Source: Clostridium sp. (GTDB lineage: Bacteria; Bacillota; Clostridia; Clostridiales; Clostridiaceae). From it: DNA of 39,855 nucleotides. Within the stretch, counting starts at the first letter, position 1, and every line of letters begins with the position of its first letter. The notes below the pieces were generated by a model. That model did not search any database. It saw only the letters and a list, made by a program, of their open reading frames with translations, and was not told where the DNA came from. This document shows, in pieces, positions 30,501 to 39,855 of the stretch. Made by a program: the position numbers and the translations under genes. Location of the stretch: positions 1-39,855 of the forward strand of contig JAFNXG010000184.1 of NCBI GenBank assembly GCA_017383505.1, written 5' to 3'.

Positions 30501-30650
30501 AATTTCCTCCTTAGTTTATACTACAATCTATCATGTTATTATATCACTCTATTTTTATTTTGTATCCTAATACAACTACTTTTTATGAAATTTTATGTAA
30601 CATAAAATATATTAACTTAATAAAATATAACATACAAAGGATGTGATATT

Positions 30651-31178
30651 ATGAAAATTATTAAATTTAACAAAAGAAAAGCAATCATTAAATGTTGGAA
30701 TGAAATATCTATTAGCGATAAATCCCTAATTATTATAATGACAATTTTACTTACACAATGTATTTATAATCTATTCAATCCAGAACCTATAACAGAAAAT
30801 GCACTTTCTGTAAATGTTATAGTAAGAACTTCAGTAGCATCTATTTTTGGTTATTTTCTAAGTGAAAACTTTTTAAAAACGGATGTAATAAAAAGTGATG
30901 ATGGCGATATAGTACTCCCTCTTGATAATAATATCAATAAAGAAAATTTAAATTCTATAAAAAAAACTCCTAAAAATTATATTTGCACTAAAACTGTACA
31001 AATTTTAATAGCATTTATAGTCTGTATTATATCAATACTCTCATTAATTTTAGCTAGTAATTTTAATCTTATTCCCTCTAATACAAACCCTAGTGTTATT
31101 CAACTTAGAGATTTAATAGGTAGTTGTGTTGGTTTTTTATTAGGTCATTCTAGCAATTCTTCTAAAAAGACATCTTAG
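30651..31178 (+). CDS. Hypothetical membrane protein (about 4 hydrophobic segments)
   Basis: AAGGATGTGA RBS; internally similar segments VRTSVASIFGYFLS and LRDLIGSCVGFLLG. Confidence 0.75.
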   Translation: MKIIKFNKRKAIIKCWNEISISDKSLIIIMTILLTQCIYNLFNPEPITENALSVNVIVRTSVASIFGYFLSENFLKTDVIKSDDGDIVLPLDNNINKENLNSIKKTPKNYICTKTVQILIAFIVCIISILSLILASNFNLIPSNTNPSVIQLRDLIGSCVGFLLGHSSNSSKKTS

Positions 31179-31212
31179 TTAATATAAATATATTTTTTCT
31201 ATAAATATACTT

Positions 31213-31241
31213 TTGTGTTTATATTTACATTATGATATAAT
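31213..31241 (+). promoter_or_regulatory. Sigma-A promoter with extended -10
   Basis: TTGTGT-17-TATAAT with TG. Confidence 0.6.
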
Positions 31242-31293
31242 TCTTATATAAAAAATATTTTTATATTTTTATTTACAAGAGGGATGTGATTTT

Positions 31294-31488
31294 ATGAAAA
31301 ATAATGCTTATGAAATTATGAAGGAAATGTGGTCACTTGATGAAGAAATTCAAAACCTTACATCTGAGCTAAGAAAAATAGCCTCTATTTCAGAAAGAGA
31401 AGTTTTAGAAAAACGTATTGATAATCTTTACGCTGAATTTTTAAAATATAAACATTTATTAGAAGATGTAGAAGTTACAGGTTTATAA
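31294..31488 (+). CDS. Small helical-hairpin/coiled-coil hypothetical protein, 64 aa
   Basis: Own promoter, GAGGGATGTGA RBS, downstream terminator. Confidence 0.75.
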   Translation: MKNNAYEIMKEMWSLDEEIQNLTSELRKIASISEREVLEKRIDNLYAEFLKYKHLLEDVEVTGL

Positions 31489-31500
31489 TTATACAAAATT

Positions 31501-31535
31501 AAGGCAACAGTCTAAAATAAGACTGTTGCCTTTTT
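31501..31535. terminator. Bidirectional terminator
   Basis: aaggcaacagtct-aaaata-agactgttgcctt between convergent genes. Confidence 0.85.
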
Positions 31536-31540
31536 ATTTA

Positions 31541-33061
31541 TTATGCAACTTTATTATTATCTATATCTTTTTTTCCATATTTCTTTTCATATCTTGTGAT
31601 TAAGAAAAATGCTACTAATCCAAATATTATTGGACCTGCTAATTGGAATCCTGTTGAGATATAATCCTTACTTTCAATAGCTGGTTGTAATATAGTAAAT
31701 ATATTAGCAAATCCAACTGTTACTGTAACTATTATTCCCCAAATAGTTGCTACCTTTTTACTCTTAAAGAATATAAAAGGCTTTTCTATACTATCATTTT
31801 TCTTAAAGTATATAAATGCTATAGCTAAGAACATTGTTGGAATAGTCATAGCAACATTACCCATTAGTATTAAATAATCTAATAGATGAGATGACTTACC
31901 ACCTGTTAATACAGCAATTATAATAATAGCAACAACTGCTACACATTGTACCCACATTGCATTAACTGGCATACCATTCTCATTTGTTTTAGTCCATTTT
32001 TCAGGCCAAATTTCCTTTGGTGTACCCTCTATTAATTGTTTTAATGGTGAGTATATTAATGTAAAGAACGCTCCAAGTAAAGCTAAAAACATTGCTAAAC
32101 CTATGTATCTTGCAAACCATATTCCCATTAACTCTATTCCATGTGGTGAAAGGCCAAATACTGTTCCTAACTGAATACCTAAATTCTTAATAACTACATA
32201 CGCAACGTTTGCCATACTTACATTCGGTGAAGAAAGTACTTGTTGCCAATTAGTAAATAATCCAACCATTAAAATTGCTAAAGAATATCCAACACCTATA
32301 ACAACTGCAGATATTTTAATTCCTTTTGGGAATGTAGTATTAGCATTTTTAGTTTGATCAACTAAACCTCCAACTGCTTCTAATCCTCCATAAGCAAATA
32401 TAGCAAAAACTAGGAATCCTAATACTGCTAAAACTGTTCCATAAGCTGGGTTTGGTGAATTAGTAAACTGCGAAAAGTCTATTGGTTGTGCTGCATTAAA
32501 TCCATTAGCACAGAATACTATTAATGAACCTACTATTAGAATTACATTTGCACTAGTTACAAATATTCCTCCAATTGATGCAATTTTAGAAATACTATTC
32601 ATACCCTTTGATGATAAGAATGTAATTATTATAACAAAAACTATACCTAATATTCCTAAAGTTTGAGAAGAACTTAAGCCAAATAATGACCAAGTTGAAG
32701 TTTTATCTTCTCCAAATATTAAATTTGAAAGTGGTACCCATATAGAAGATGATACACTAACCATCCAAACTATATATGATGCAAACCACATAAATGTTCC
32801 TACGAATGCAAACTTTCTACCTACAGAATGTTGCATCCAAGAATAAATTCCACCTTTTTCCTCTTTAAACGCTGACCCAAATTCAGCCATCATAAATGCA
32901 TATGGTATGAAGAAGCATACTGCTCCAAATATATACCATGGAATAGCTGAATATCCCATCAGGAAAAAGGCTCTTGGTATATTAGCAAATCCAAATACTG
33001 AAGTAAAAATCATAAGTATTAATGCCATTAAAGTTAACTTACCTTTATTACTTTTGCTCAT
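31541..33061 (-). CDS. APC-family amino acid permease, YjeM / glutamate:GABA antiporter-like
   Basis: LMIFTSVFGFAN, FFIPYA.MMAEFG, GGIYSWM, FAIFAYGGLE and YSPLKQLI.GTP; ATG 33061 is best spaced from the RBS. Confidence 0.88.
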   Translation of the reverse strand: MSKSNKGKLTLMALILMIFTSVFGFANIPRAFFLMGYSAIPWYIFGAVCFFIPYAFMMAEFGSAFKEEKGGIYSWMQHSVGRKFAFVGTFMWFASYIVWMVSVSSSIWVPLSNLIFGEDKTSTWSLFGLSSSQTLGILGIVFVIIITFLSSKGMNSISKIASIGGIFVTSANVILIVGSLIVFCANGFNAAQPIDFSQFTNSPNPAYGTVLAVLGFLVFAIFAYGGLEAVGGLVDQTKNANTTFPKGIKISAVVIGVGYSLAILMVGLFTNWQQVLSSPNVSMANVAYVVIKNLGIQLGTVFGLSPHGIELMGIWFARYIGLAMFLALLGAFFTLIYSPLKQLIEGTPKEIWPEKWTKTNENGMPVNAMWVQCVAVVAIIIIAVLTGGKSSHLLDYLILMGNVAMTIPTMFLAIAFIYFKKNDSIEKPFIFFKSKKVATIWGIIVTVTVGFANIFTILQPAIESKDYISTGFQLAGPIIFGLVAFFLITRYEKKYGKKDIDNNKVA

Positions 33062-33463
33062 CAAAATTCCTCCTTAGTATAATTTAACTCTCTATTTTCT
33101 AAAGAATATTAATTCTAAATTTTTAACATAATATATAATATCAAAATTTTATTACACTTTCCACGAGAACTTTTTTACATTTTTATAATTTTTTAAAGTT
33201 ATATTTAATTTTTTACTATAAATATCTTCATTTATTTATCTATTATTCATTATTTATGAATTTAATTTATTATTTAACTATTTCACTTTATCAAATTAAA
33301 GCGCTAAATTATTTTTTATTTCAATATTTCCCTCTATAATATTATTGTTCTTATTTTTAAAAATTATATATTTTATTTGATTTTTTGAAAAAAGTAAATA
33401 TACTAATATATGATAATATATAATAATATTTTTACATTAATAAAAAACATAAAGGAGGCTTTT

Positions 33464-34192
33464 ATGAAATACTTATCTGATTTACATACACATACAGTAG
33501 TTAGTGGACATGCATATACAACTCTTATGGAAAATATAGATTATTGCAAAAAAAACGGGATTAAAATATTAGGTACATCTGAGCATGCTCCTTCTATGCC
33601 GGGAGCTCCTCACTATTGGTACTTTGGCAATTTAAAGATCCTTCCAAGAGTTATTAATGATGTTATAATTCTTAAAGGATGTGAAGGCAACATACTAGAT
33701 ATTGATGGTGCTATAGATTTACCTATAGATACTATGAAAGGTTTAGACTATATGATTGCTTCATTCCACGAACCTGTTTTTAGACCAAAAACAAAAGAAG
33801 AAAATACTATGGCAATATTAAATGTAATGGATAAAAATGATAAAGTTGAAATACTTGGTCATCTTGGAAATCCTAATTATGAACTTGATTATGATAAAAT
33901 TATAAAAAAAGCAAAAGAAAAAGACATTATGATTGAGATAAATAATAGTTCATTATCTGGATCATCAAGACCTGGAAGTGATATAAACTGTGAGAAGGTA
34001 GCTATTCTTTGTAAAAAATATGGAACTAAAGTTATTTTAACATCAGACGCACATATAAATACTCAAATTGGTAAATTTAATAAAGGAATCGAATTATTTG
34101 AGAAAATAGATATGCCAGAAGAACTTATAATGAATGAACCTGACAAATTAATTGCTCATCTAAAAAATAAGGGAAGACTTCAAGATTTATAA
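33464..34192 (+). CDS. PHP-family phosphatase/hydrolase (YcdX-like)
   Basis: DLHTHT..SGHAY, SEH.P, ASFH, GHLGNP, EINNSS and SDAH; ATG 33464 after AAGGAGG. Confidence 0.92.
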   Translation: MKYLSDLHTHTVVSGHAYTTLMENIDYCKKNGIKILGTSEHAPSMPGAPHYWYFGNLKILPRVINDVIILKGCEGNILDIDGAIDLPIDTMKGLDYMIASFHEPVFRPKTKEENTMAILNVMDKNDKVEILGHLGNPNYELDYDKIIKKAKEKDIMIEINNSSLSGSSRPGSDINCEKVAILCKKYGTKVILTSDAHINTQIGKFNKGIELFEKIDMPEELIMNEPDKLIAHLKNKGRLQDL

Positions 34193-34212
34193 TAACATAT
34201 ATAATATATATT

Positions 34213-34271
34213 AAAGGATGCCCAATATACTCTATTACTTATAAATAGAGTAATATACTAGGACATCCTTT
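34213..34271. terminator. Long bulged bidirectional hairpin between convergent genes
   Basis: aaaggatg...catccttt outer stem and tactctatt...aatagagta inner stem. Confidence 0.7.
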
Positions 34272-34280
34272 TAAATTCTA

Positions 34281-35921
34281 TTATTTTATATCTATTCCAT
34301 AAATATTTCCACCACGTGTGGCTACAACTATTGTATCTTCATATATTGCTGGTGATGCTTCTATGTTTGCATCTAACTGTAATGTATTTAATATCTCACC
34401 GTCTTCAGCATTTATTAAAAACATATTTCCTACAGTATCACATTGAATTATATATCCATTTCCTTCTTTATCATAAAAATCTACTGGAGATGACCATAAA
34501 TAATTATTTGTTTTAGTTTCCCATACCTTTTCTCCAGTACTTTTATTCATTGCAACAATAGCTCCACTATTAAAACCATCATATCTTGCAAGAGAAAAAA
34601 TAACTAAATCATCAATATTATTTTTACCTATAACATTTGTAGCTAAAACACCACCATTAGTTGCATCTGCTCCTATAACAGATTGACATTTAAACTCATT
34701 TTTCCAAACTACTTCACCTGTTAATCCATTTATTTTCCTAATAGTAGCTATTCCTACTGTACCCTGATGGTCAACTTCATCCCCCACATATAAATAAGGT
34801 ACTCCATTTTCATCCTCTATAGTTATTGTTGCATCAATATCGTCTAAGCCTTTTAATATCCACATTGGTTCCATTTTTCTTAAATCAATACACTGAATAT
34901 CTCCATTATTATCTGCAAAATAAAGTAGATTTTTATATACGGCTACGCTATTTTCTACTCCTAATCTTCCATGACTCTCATCAGTATAATATCTATATTT
35001 TAATACTTCTGGATTTATTTCTATAGTGCTATTTTCCTTATTATATTGCGTATTTAACTTAGTTATATATAAAATACCATTTTCTCCTGCTTCAATAACT
35101 ATATCTCCTTCTGGATATATTAATGGAGAAGAATCAAAGGCTGGCCACCCTCTATATGCTAATTCATCATATCCATTAATCTCATATAATTTATTTCCAT
35201 TAATTAAACTATAAATATTAAATCCAGTAACTCCACCTTCATTAATACCTTCACCAACATACATCATAGGAATTCCTCTAGAATCTATAGATAAGCTACC
35301 CTTTATTGGATTTCCAACTTTAATTTCATTTCTACTTTTGTCTCCTGTTTCTAAATCTAGAAAATATACGTTTCCATCTAAAGAAGAATATATAACTTCA
35401 GTAAAATTTTCCTTACCTTTAAAAGATTCACTTATATTCATGGATGATTTTAATTCTTCATCCCACTTTATAATTACTGGTTGGCCTGTCCAACCGGCTC
35501 CTCCACCCCAAGAACTAAAAGATGTTGAGGTTTTCCACTTAACTTCTAATTTTTTATCTGTTATCTGACTGGTTCCATATGTTGCTGAATCTCTAAAATT
35601 ATTGCCTCTAAAAGTAGTTATACCTTTTAAATTTGTATATTTATTAGTAAATAATATATCTGAACAGATATTTTTATCTCCTATAACCTCATAACTATAA
35701 TCTATATTTATATTAGATTGTAAATCTATAGGTTTAATTTCTTCTTCAACTTCTTCTATAACTTGATCATCTTCTTCTATTTTATCCTCTTCTTTTGAGT
35801 TAGTTGCTAAAACAACACTATCATCTTCTTTATCCTTATCTATTAACTTTTTTGCTACTTCACAAGATAATAAGCTAATTGTTATTCCAATTAATATAAG
35901 TATTTTTACCTTTTTCCCCAT
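34281..35921 (-). CDS. PQQ-like/BamB-type beta-propeller repeat lipoprotein
   Basis: Lipobox-like LLSC, acidic linker, repeated SSP/G...A.D..TG...W blades. Confidence 0.8.
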   Translation of the reverse strand: MGKKVKILILIGITISLLSCEVAKKLIDKDKEDDSVVLATNSKEEDKIEEDDQVIEEVEEEIKPIDLQSNINIDYSYEVIGDKNICSDILFTNKYTNLKGITTFRGNNFRDSATYGTSQITDKKLEVKWKTSTSFSSWGGGAGWTGQPVIIKWDEELKSSMNISESFKGKENFTEVIYSSLDGNVYFLDLETGDKSRNEIKVGNPIKGSLSIDSRGIPMMYVGEGINEGGVTGFNIYSLINGNKLYEINGYDELAYRGWPAFDSSPLIYPEGDIVIEAGENGILYITKLNTQYNKENSTIEINPEVLKYRYYTDESHGRLGVENSVAVYKNLLYFADNNGDIQCIDLRKMEPMWILKGLDDIDATITIEDENGVPYLYVGDEVDHQGTVGIATIRKINGLTGEVVWKNEFKCQSVIGADATNGGVLATNVIGKNNIDDLVIFSLARYDGFNSGAIVAMNKSTGEKVWETKTNNYLWSSPVDFYDKEGNGYIIQCDTVGNMFLINAEDGEILNTLQLDANIEASPAIYEDTIVVATRGGNIYGIDIK

Positions 35922-36013
35922 AAGTTAAACCCCTTTATTTATTCTATTAGATTAAATAATCTAATTATGTACATTAACCTTATGAAATTGACAAAAATAA
36001 GTATTACACTAAA

Positions 36014-36042
36014 ATTATAACAATTCATTTTTACTTTGTAAA
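36014..36042 (-). promoter_or_regulatory. Sigma-A promoter of the beta-propeller gene
   Basis: TTTACA-17-TATAAT with TG. Confidence 0.65.
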
Positions 36043-36139
36043 TATTTAACTTTTTTGCACTTTTTTTCATTTTATTTGTTTTTATCTTGTAAATCATCAT
36101 TATTTTACATTTTATTACTCTTGGAAAATGTATTGTTAT

Positions 36140-36167
36140 AAAAAAAGAAGAAGCTATAAGCCTCTTC
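36140..36167 (-). terminator. SNF2 gene terminator
   Basis: GAAGAGGCU-UAU-AGCUUCUUC followed by a U-run. Confidence 0.75.
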
Positions 36168-36246
36168 GAAAATTTATTATATTAAACATGCAACTAATAA
36201 TTTTATAAATCCACTTTCTGTTATAATAGTCTTTGGAGAATAAAAA

Positions 36247-39200
36247 TTATTTGAATAAATCTAATATTTCTTCACTACTTAACTTAGAAATATTATTTAC
36301 ATTTAAGCTACCATCACTTATAACACTATTTATTATTTCTCTCTTATCTTCTTGTAATTTAATTATCTTTTCTTCAATTGTATCTTTAGCAATAAGCTTA
36401 ATTACTTCAACTATATTCTTTTGCCCTATTCTATGAGCTCTATCGGTTGCTTGATCTTCTACTGCTGGATTCCACCATGGATCCATATGCATTACATATT
36501 TTGCTGATGTTAAGTTAAGTCCGGTTCCACCTGCTTTTAAAGAGATTAAGAAAACCTCTTCCTCTTTACTTTCATTAAACTCTGAAACTAATCTAACTCT
36601 CTCTTTTGCATTAGTAGAACCATCTAAATACTTACATTTTATTTCTCTTATATTTAATTCCTCTTCAAGCTTTTTTAATACTGAAGTAAATTGAGAGAAT
36701 ACTAATATTTTATTTTTATCTTCTATAATTTCCTCCATTATATCTAAAGCAACATTTAATTTTCCACTATCACCTGTATAATCCTTATTAACTAAGGCAG
36801 GATCTTGACATATTTGTCTTAATCTTGTTAAGTAAGAGAAAATAGTTATACTGTCATCTTCTCCATTTTTTAATTTAAGTTTTACTTCCTTCATATAATT
36901 TTTATATGCTGATTTTTGCTCTGTAGTCATTGGAACATAATATTTTTTCTCAATCTTTTCAGGTAATTCAGTTATTACATCTTTCTTTAGCCTTCTTAGT
37001 ATAAAAGGATTTATTAGTAATTTTAACTCTTCGATTTCTCTTTCAGTTCTATTAACAAATTTATTTTTAAATTTCTTTTCATCAAACAAGTATCCCGGCA
37101 TAATAAAATCAAAAATTGACCATAATTCTACTAATGAATTTTCTATTGGAGTTCCTGTTAATGCAAACTTCACATTTGCATTTATCTCTTTAATAATCTT
37201 AGTGTTCTGAGCCTTTGGATTTTTAATATTTTGAGCCTCATCAATAATACAGTAATCAAAAATTTTACCCTTATAAAAATCTTTATCATTTTTTATAGTT
37301 CCATAAGTAGTTAAAATAACATCATACTCTTCCTTATTATCTAAAACTTTATTTCTCACACTTTTACTTCCATGAACTAACCCAATTTTTAAACTTGGAG
37401 CAAACTTTTCAAACTCTTCTTTCCAATTATATATAAGAGAGGTTGGAGTAACTACTAAAGACTTCTTACCTTTTTGACATAGTAAAAATGAAATTACTTG
37501 AATAGTTTTTCCTAATCCCATTTCATCTGCTAATATTCCACCAAAATTCATTTCACTCAGATGTAATAAATAATTTACTCCTATAAGCTGATAGTTTCTT
37601 AATATACCATTTAAACCTTCTATAGTTTTAACTTCTCTTATATCTCTGCTTTCAAGTTTTTTAGAAATAATATTTAAAACTTCTGATCCCCTTATAAAGT
37701 TTAAATTATTATTTTTTATACTATTTTCTATAAATATAGCCTTATTTTTATCAACCTCTATCATACCTTCATTTATATATTCACTATTCATTATGTTATC
37801 AATGAGATTAAATAAATTATTAATACCTAAATCTCTTAAATCTAATAATCTGCCTTTTTTAGTTTTATAAAAATCTCTATCTTCACTCATACTTTTAAGT
37901 ATATCTATATACTCACTATAATCTACTCCTTCTATACTATATTTAAATATAAAAGAGTCATCTTCTCCTTCAAATATAGCCTGGATATCATTAGCTCCAA
38001 TAAGTCCTATATCTTTAAAACTTTTAGAAAACTCTAAATTAGAAAAGCTTTTGAAGAATTGTATTCCATTAGTAAGAAAATCATATCTTTCTTCATCATT
38101 ACCTATAAATAAAAACTCTGTTTCTTTTTTTATAAATCTATATCTTTCTAACTTCATTGCAAGTTCTTCTTCAAAATAAGAATCTCTTAAGAAATGATTT
38201 ATAGTTTTATCTAATATATTAATCTTCTTTCCAAAGTAATCTACACTAACCTTACACTTAATATTATTATTTTCACTTTTAAATAAAGAAGTTATTTTAT
38301 AGTATTTTCTACAAAGATATTTAATACCTTCTCCAATAATAATGTCATTACTTATACTCCCTAATAATTTTAATAAATTAATTATTGTACTCTCATTTTT
38401 ACCGTACTCTATCTTTCCTATATTTTTTAATTTATCATATAATAATTTGTATCCTGCTATCTGCCTTTTGTTTGGTAAATAAACTTTTCTATCATTTAAA
38501 AATACAGTGAAATCCTTATTTAAAGGAATAGGTAATTTCTTCTTTGTAGTTAATATAACCTTTTCCATATCAAGTTTTACTGTAAAAGATAATGGTAAGT
38601 CTTCATTCAAGATATAACTTTCATAATTTATATAATTATAGTTTAGCTTTATTTTTTTATCAGCGCTTACTAAACTTAATATCTCTTCTATATATTTTTC
38701 ATCAACTCTTAAAATTTTTCTATCAATAACCTTAAAGTCCTCTGTAGCATTTAAACGTACTGATATATACTCTAAAAGTTTTTCATCTTCATCTTTAAAT
38801 TTCATAGATGCTGCATTATATAAAAAATCACCATTTACTCTTAAATGACTTTTTACCTCTTTACATTTTAAAAATTCACTTAGTTTAGGAATTAAATAAG
38901 TAAAATTTTCTCCTATCTTTATTTGTATATCAAATGTTCTATTTTCATTTGCTTTAATATCTAAATCTAAATTTAGTATTTTCTTTTCAAAAGTTTTTCT
39001 ATCTGTCAATGTATTCTTTATAGTAGTATCTTTTTTCATTTCTTTTTTTAGCTTACTTTTAGCTAATATGTAAAAATAAAATGTACTTGCAATTATATGC
39101 TTACATATATAATTTCTTTTATGCTTCGAAAACTCTTCATATGTGTTACATGTGCATGTTGCACCTAATACCTTTTTATTTTTTAAGTTATATTTTATAT

Positions 39201-39381
39201 GACAGCTATACTGTTTGCTATTATCTTGCTCTGAAACCTTAGAATATATATGATAAATATCTTCTATTTTCTTACTACTTAAGTTTGATACTAATCTACT
39301 TTTATATATGCTTCTTCCTTCTTTTATACTAATATTAGAACCTAACGCTAGTACATTATCTAGTAACATTTTTAAATCCAC
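36247..39381 (-). CDS. SNF2-family ATPase with N-terminal SWIM Zn finger
   Basis: CTC...CKH (SWIM), ILADEMGLGKT, DEAQ, LTGTPIEN, SLKAGGTGLNL and QATDRAHRIGQ; GTG start. Confidence 0.95.
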   Translation of the reverse strand: MDLKMLLDNVLALGSNISIKEGRSIYKSRLVSNLSSKKIEDIYHIYSKVSEQDNSKQYSCHIKYNLKNKKVLGATCTCNTYEEFSKHKRNYICKHIIASTFYFYILAKSKLKKEMKKDTTIKNTLTDRKTFEKKILNLDLDIKANENRTFDIQIKIGENFTYLIPKLSEFLKCKEVKSHLRVNGDFLYNAASMKFKDEDEKLLEYISVRLNATEDFKVIDRKILRVDEKYIEEILSLVSADKKIKLNYNYINYESYILNEDLPLSFTVKLDMEKVILTTKKKLPIPLNKDFTVFLNDRKVYLPNKRQIAGYKLLYDKLKNIGKIEYGKNESTIINLLKLLGSISNDIIIGEGIKYLCRKYYKITSLFKSENNNIKCKVSVDYFGKKINILDKTINHFLRDSYFEEELAMKLERYRFIKKETEFLFIGNDEERYDFLTNGIQFFKSFSNLEFSKSFKDIGLIGANDIQAIFEGEDDSFIFKYSIEGVDYSEYIDILKSMSEDRDFYKTKKGRLLDLRDLGINNLFNLIDNIMNSEYINEGMIEVDKNKAIFIENSIKNNNLNFIRGSEVLNIISKKLESRDIREVKTIEGLNGILRNYQLIGVNYLLHLSEMNFGGILADEMGLGKTIQVISFLLCQKGKKSLVVTPTSLIYNWKEEFEKFAPSLKIGLVHGSKSVRNKVLDNKEEYDVILTTYGTIKNDKDFYKGKIFDYCIIDEAQNIKNPKAQNTKIIKEINANVKFALTGTPIENSLVELWSIFDFIMPGYLFDEKKFKNKFVNRTEREIEELKLLINPFILRRLKKDVITELPEKIEKKYYVPMTTEQKSAYKNYMKEVKLKLKNGEDDSITIFSYLTRLRQICQDPALVNKDYTGDSGKLNVALDIMEEIIEDKNKILVFSQFTSVLKKLEEELNIREIKCKYLDGSTNAKERVRLVSEFNESKEEEVFLISLKAGGTGLNLTSAKYVMHMDPWWNPAVEDQATDRAHRIGQKNIVEVIKLIAKDTIEEKIIKLQEDKREIINSVISDGSLNVNNISKLSSEEILDLFK

Positions 39382-39450
39382 TTTTTATACCTCGCTATCA
39401 TATTTAGTTAAATTATTATATCATAACTTAACTATAATATTAATAAATAA

Positions 39451-39500
39451 GAAGTATAAAGTAATTAATAAGCTATTACCTACTAACTACTTTATACTTC
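39451..39500 (-). terminator. Orphan minus-strand terminator upstream of the SNF2 promoter
   Basis: 22-bp stem; all 3 mismatches are G-U on the minus strand; UUAUUUAUU tail. Confidence 0.7.
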
Positions 39501-39753
39501 AATTTAAGGTGGAAATTTATAAAATTACATCTCATTTTGAGATTGCAAAATTAACTTAATTAATTTATAACTTTAACATAAATCTATTTCCTTCAATTTT
39601 AACTTCTTTATTTTTATTCTTAATTCTTTTTCTAAAATAAAACTAATATTATATTTATTCAACTTACCTTGTTTATATTAAAACTTTCACTATCATCTAA
39701 AATATTAATATTTACCTTTTAATTCCTTATAAAGATTTTATTTTAAATTTATC

Positions 39754-39782
39754 ATTATAATGTTATTATATTATTAAAACAA
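39754..39782 (-). promoter_or_regulatory. Candidate minus-strand sigma-A promoter
   Basis: TTGTTT-17-TATAAT. Confidence 0.5.
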
Positions 39783-39809
39783 GGTTAATACTTGTAATAT
39801 AATAACATT
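39759..39809. repeat. 15-bp perfect inverted repeat with 21-bp spacer, possible operator
   Basis: aatgttattatatta (39759-39773) / taatataataacatt (39795-39809). Confidence 0.65.
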
Positions 39810-39840
39810 TTATATAACAATACTGCTTTTTAGGAGACTT

Positions 39841-39855
39841 ATGGATAAATTAGAT
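39841..39855 (+). CDS. Start of a gene truncated by the window edge (MDKLD...)
   Basis: TAGGAG RBS then ATG; only 5 codons visible. Confidence 0.5.

Noticed and set aside
33065-33463. Riboswitch or cre site in the permease-PHP intergenic region
   Set aside because: Almost no GC structure; the cre-like match (ttaaagcgctaaat) is weak
2543-36436. Short + strand ORFs in the track antisense to amt, ureD, ureG, CA, glyA, aspS, hemZ, rel, apt, secD, topB, the beta-propeller gene and SNF2
   Set aside because: Shadow frames of well-supported minus-strand genes, without clear RBS or recognisable motifs
39308-39559. 83-aa + strand ORF
   Set aside because: Overlaps the SNF2 start, its promoter and a terminator; no RBS
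1-39855. CRISPR arrays, tRNA/rRNA genes, IS or prophage genes, defence islands
   Set aside because: None recognised; SWIM-SNF2 and PHP genes are common housekeeping-type clostridial genes

Overview
A very AT-rich chromosomal window with Firmicute-type RBSs and sigma-A promoters, most consistent with a Clostridium (inferred from proteins and gene order). The left end holds an accessory urea/ammonia/CO2 module on the minus strand: a lipoprotein beta-carbonic anhydrase, ureABCEFGD, an Amt with atypical residues and a His-free UreI, closed by a terminator. The middle is housekeeping: exoA, glyA, a ThrE pair, then secD-secF, a degenerate RecJ-like protein, apt-rel-dtd, an MBL hydrolase, frameshifted hemZ and hisS-aspS. 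The right part has topB, UPF0158, MATE, a YjeM-like permease, a PHP hydrolase, a beta-propeller lipoprotein and a SWIM-SNF2 ATPase. Three small ORFs missed by the ORF track were read by hand (51, 27 and 54 aa), plus a roughly 300-nt promoter-to-terminator unit lacking a clear ORF. No rRNA, tRNA, CRISPR array or mobile element was recognised. All family calls come from motif recognition, not database searches.
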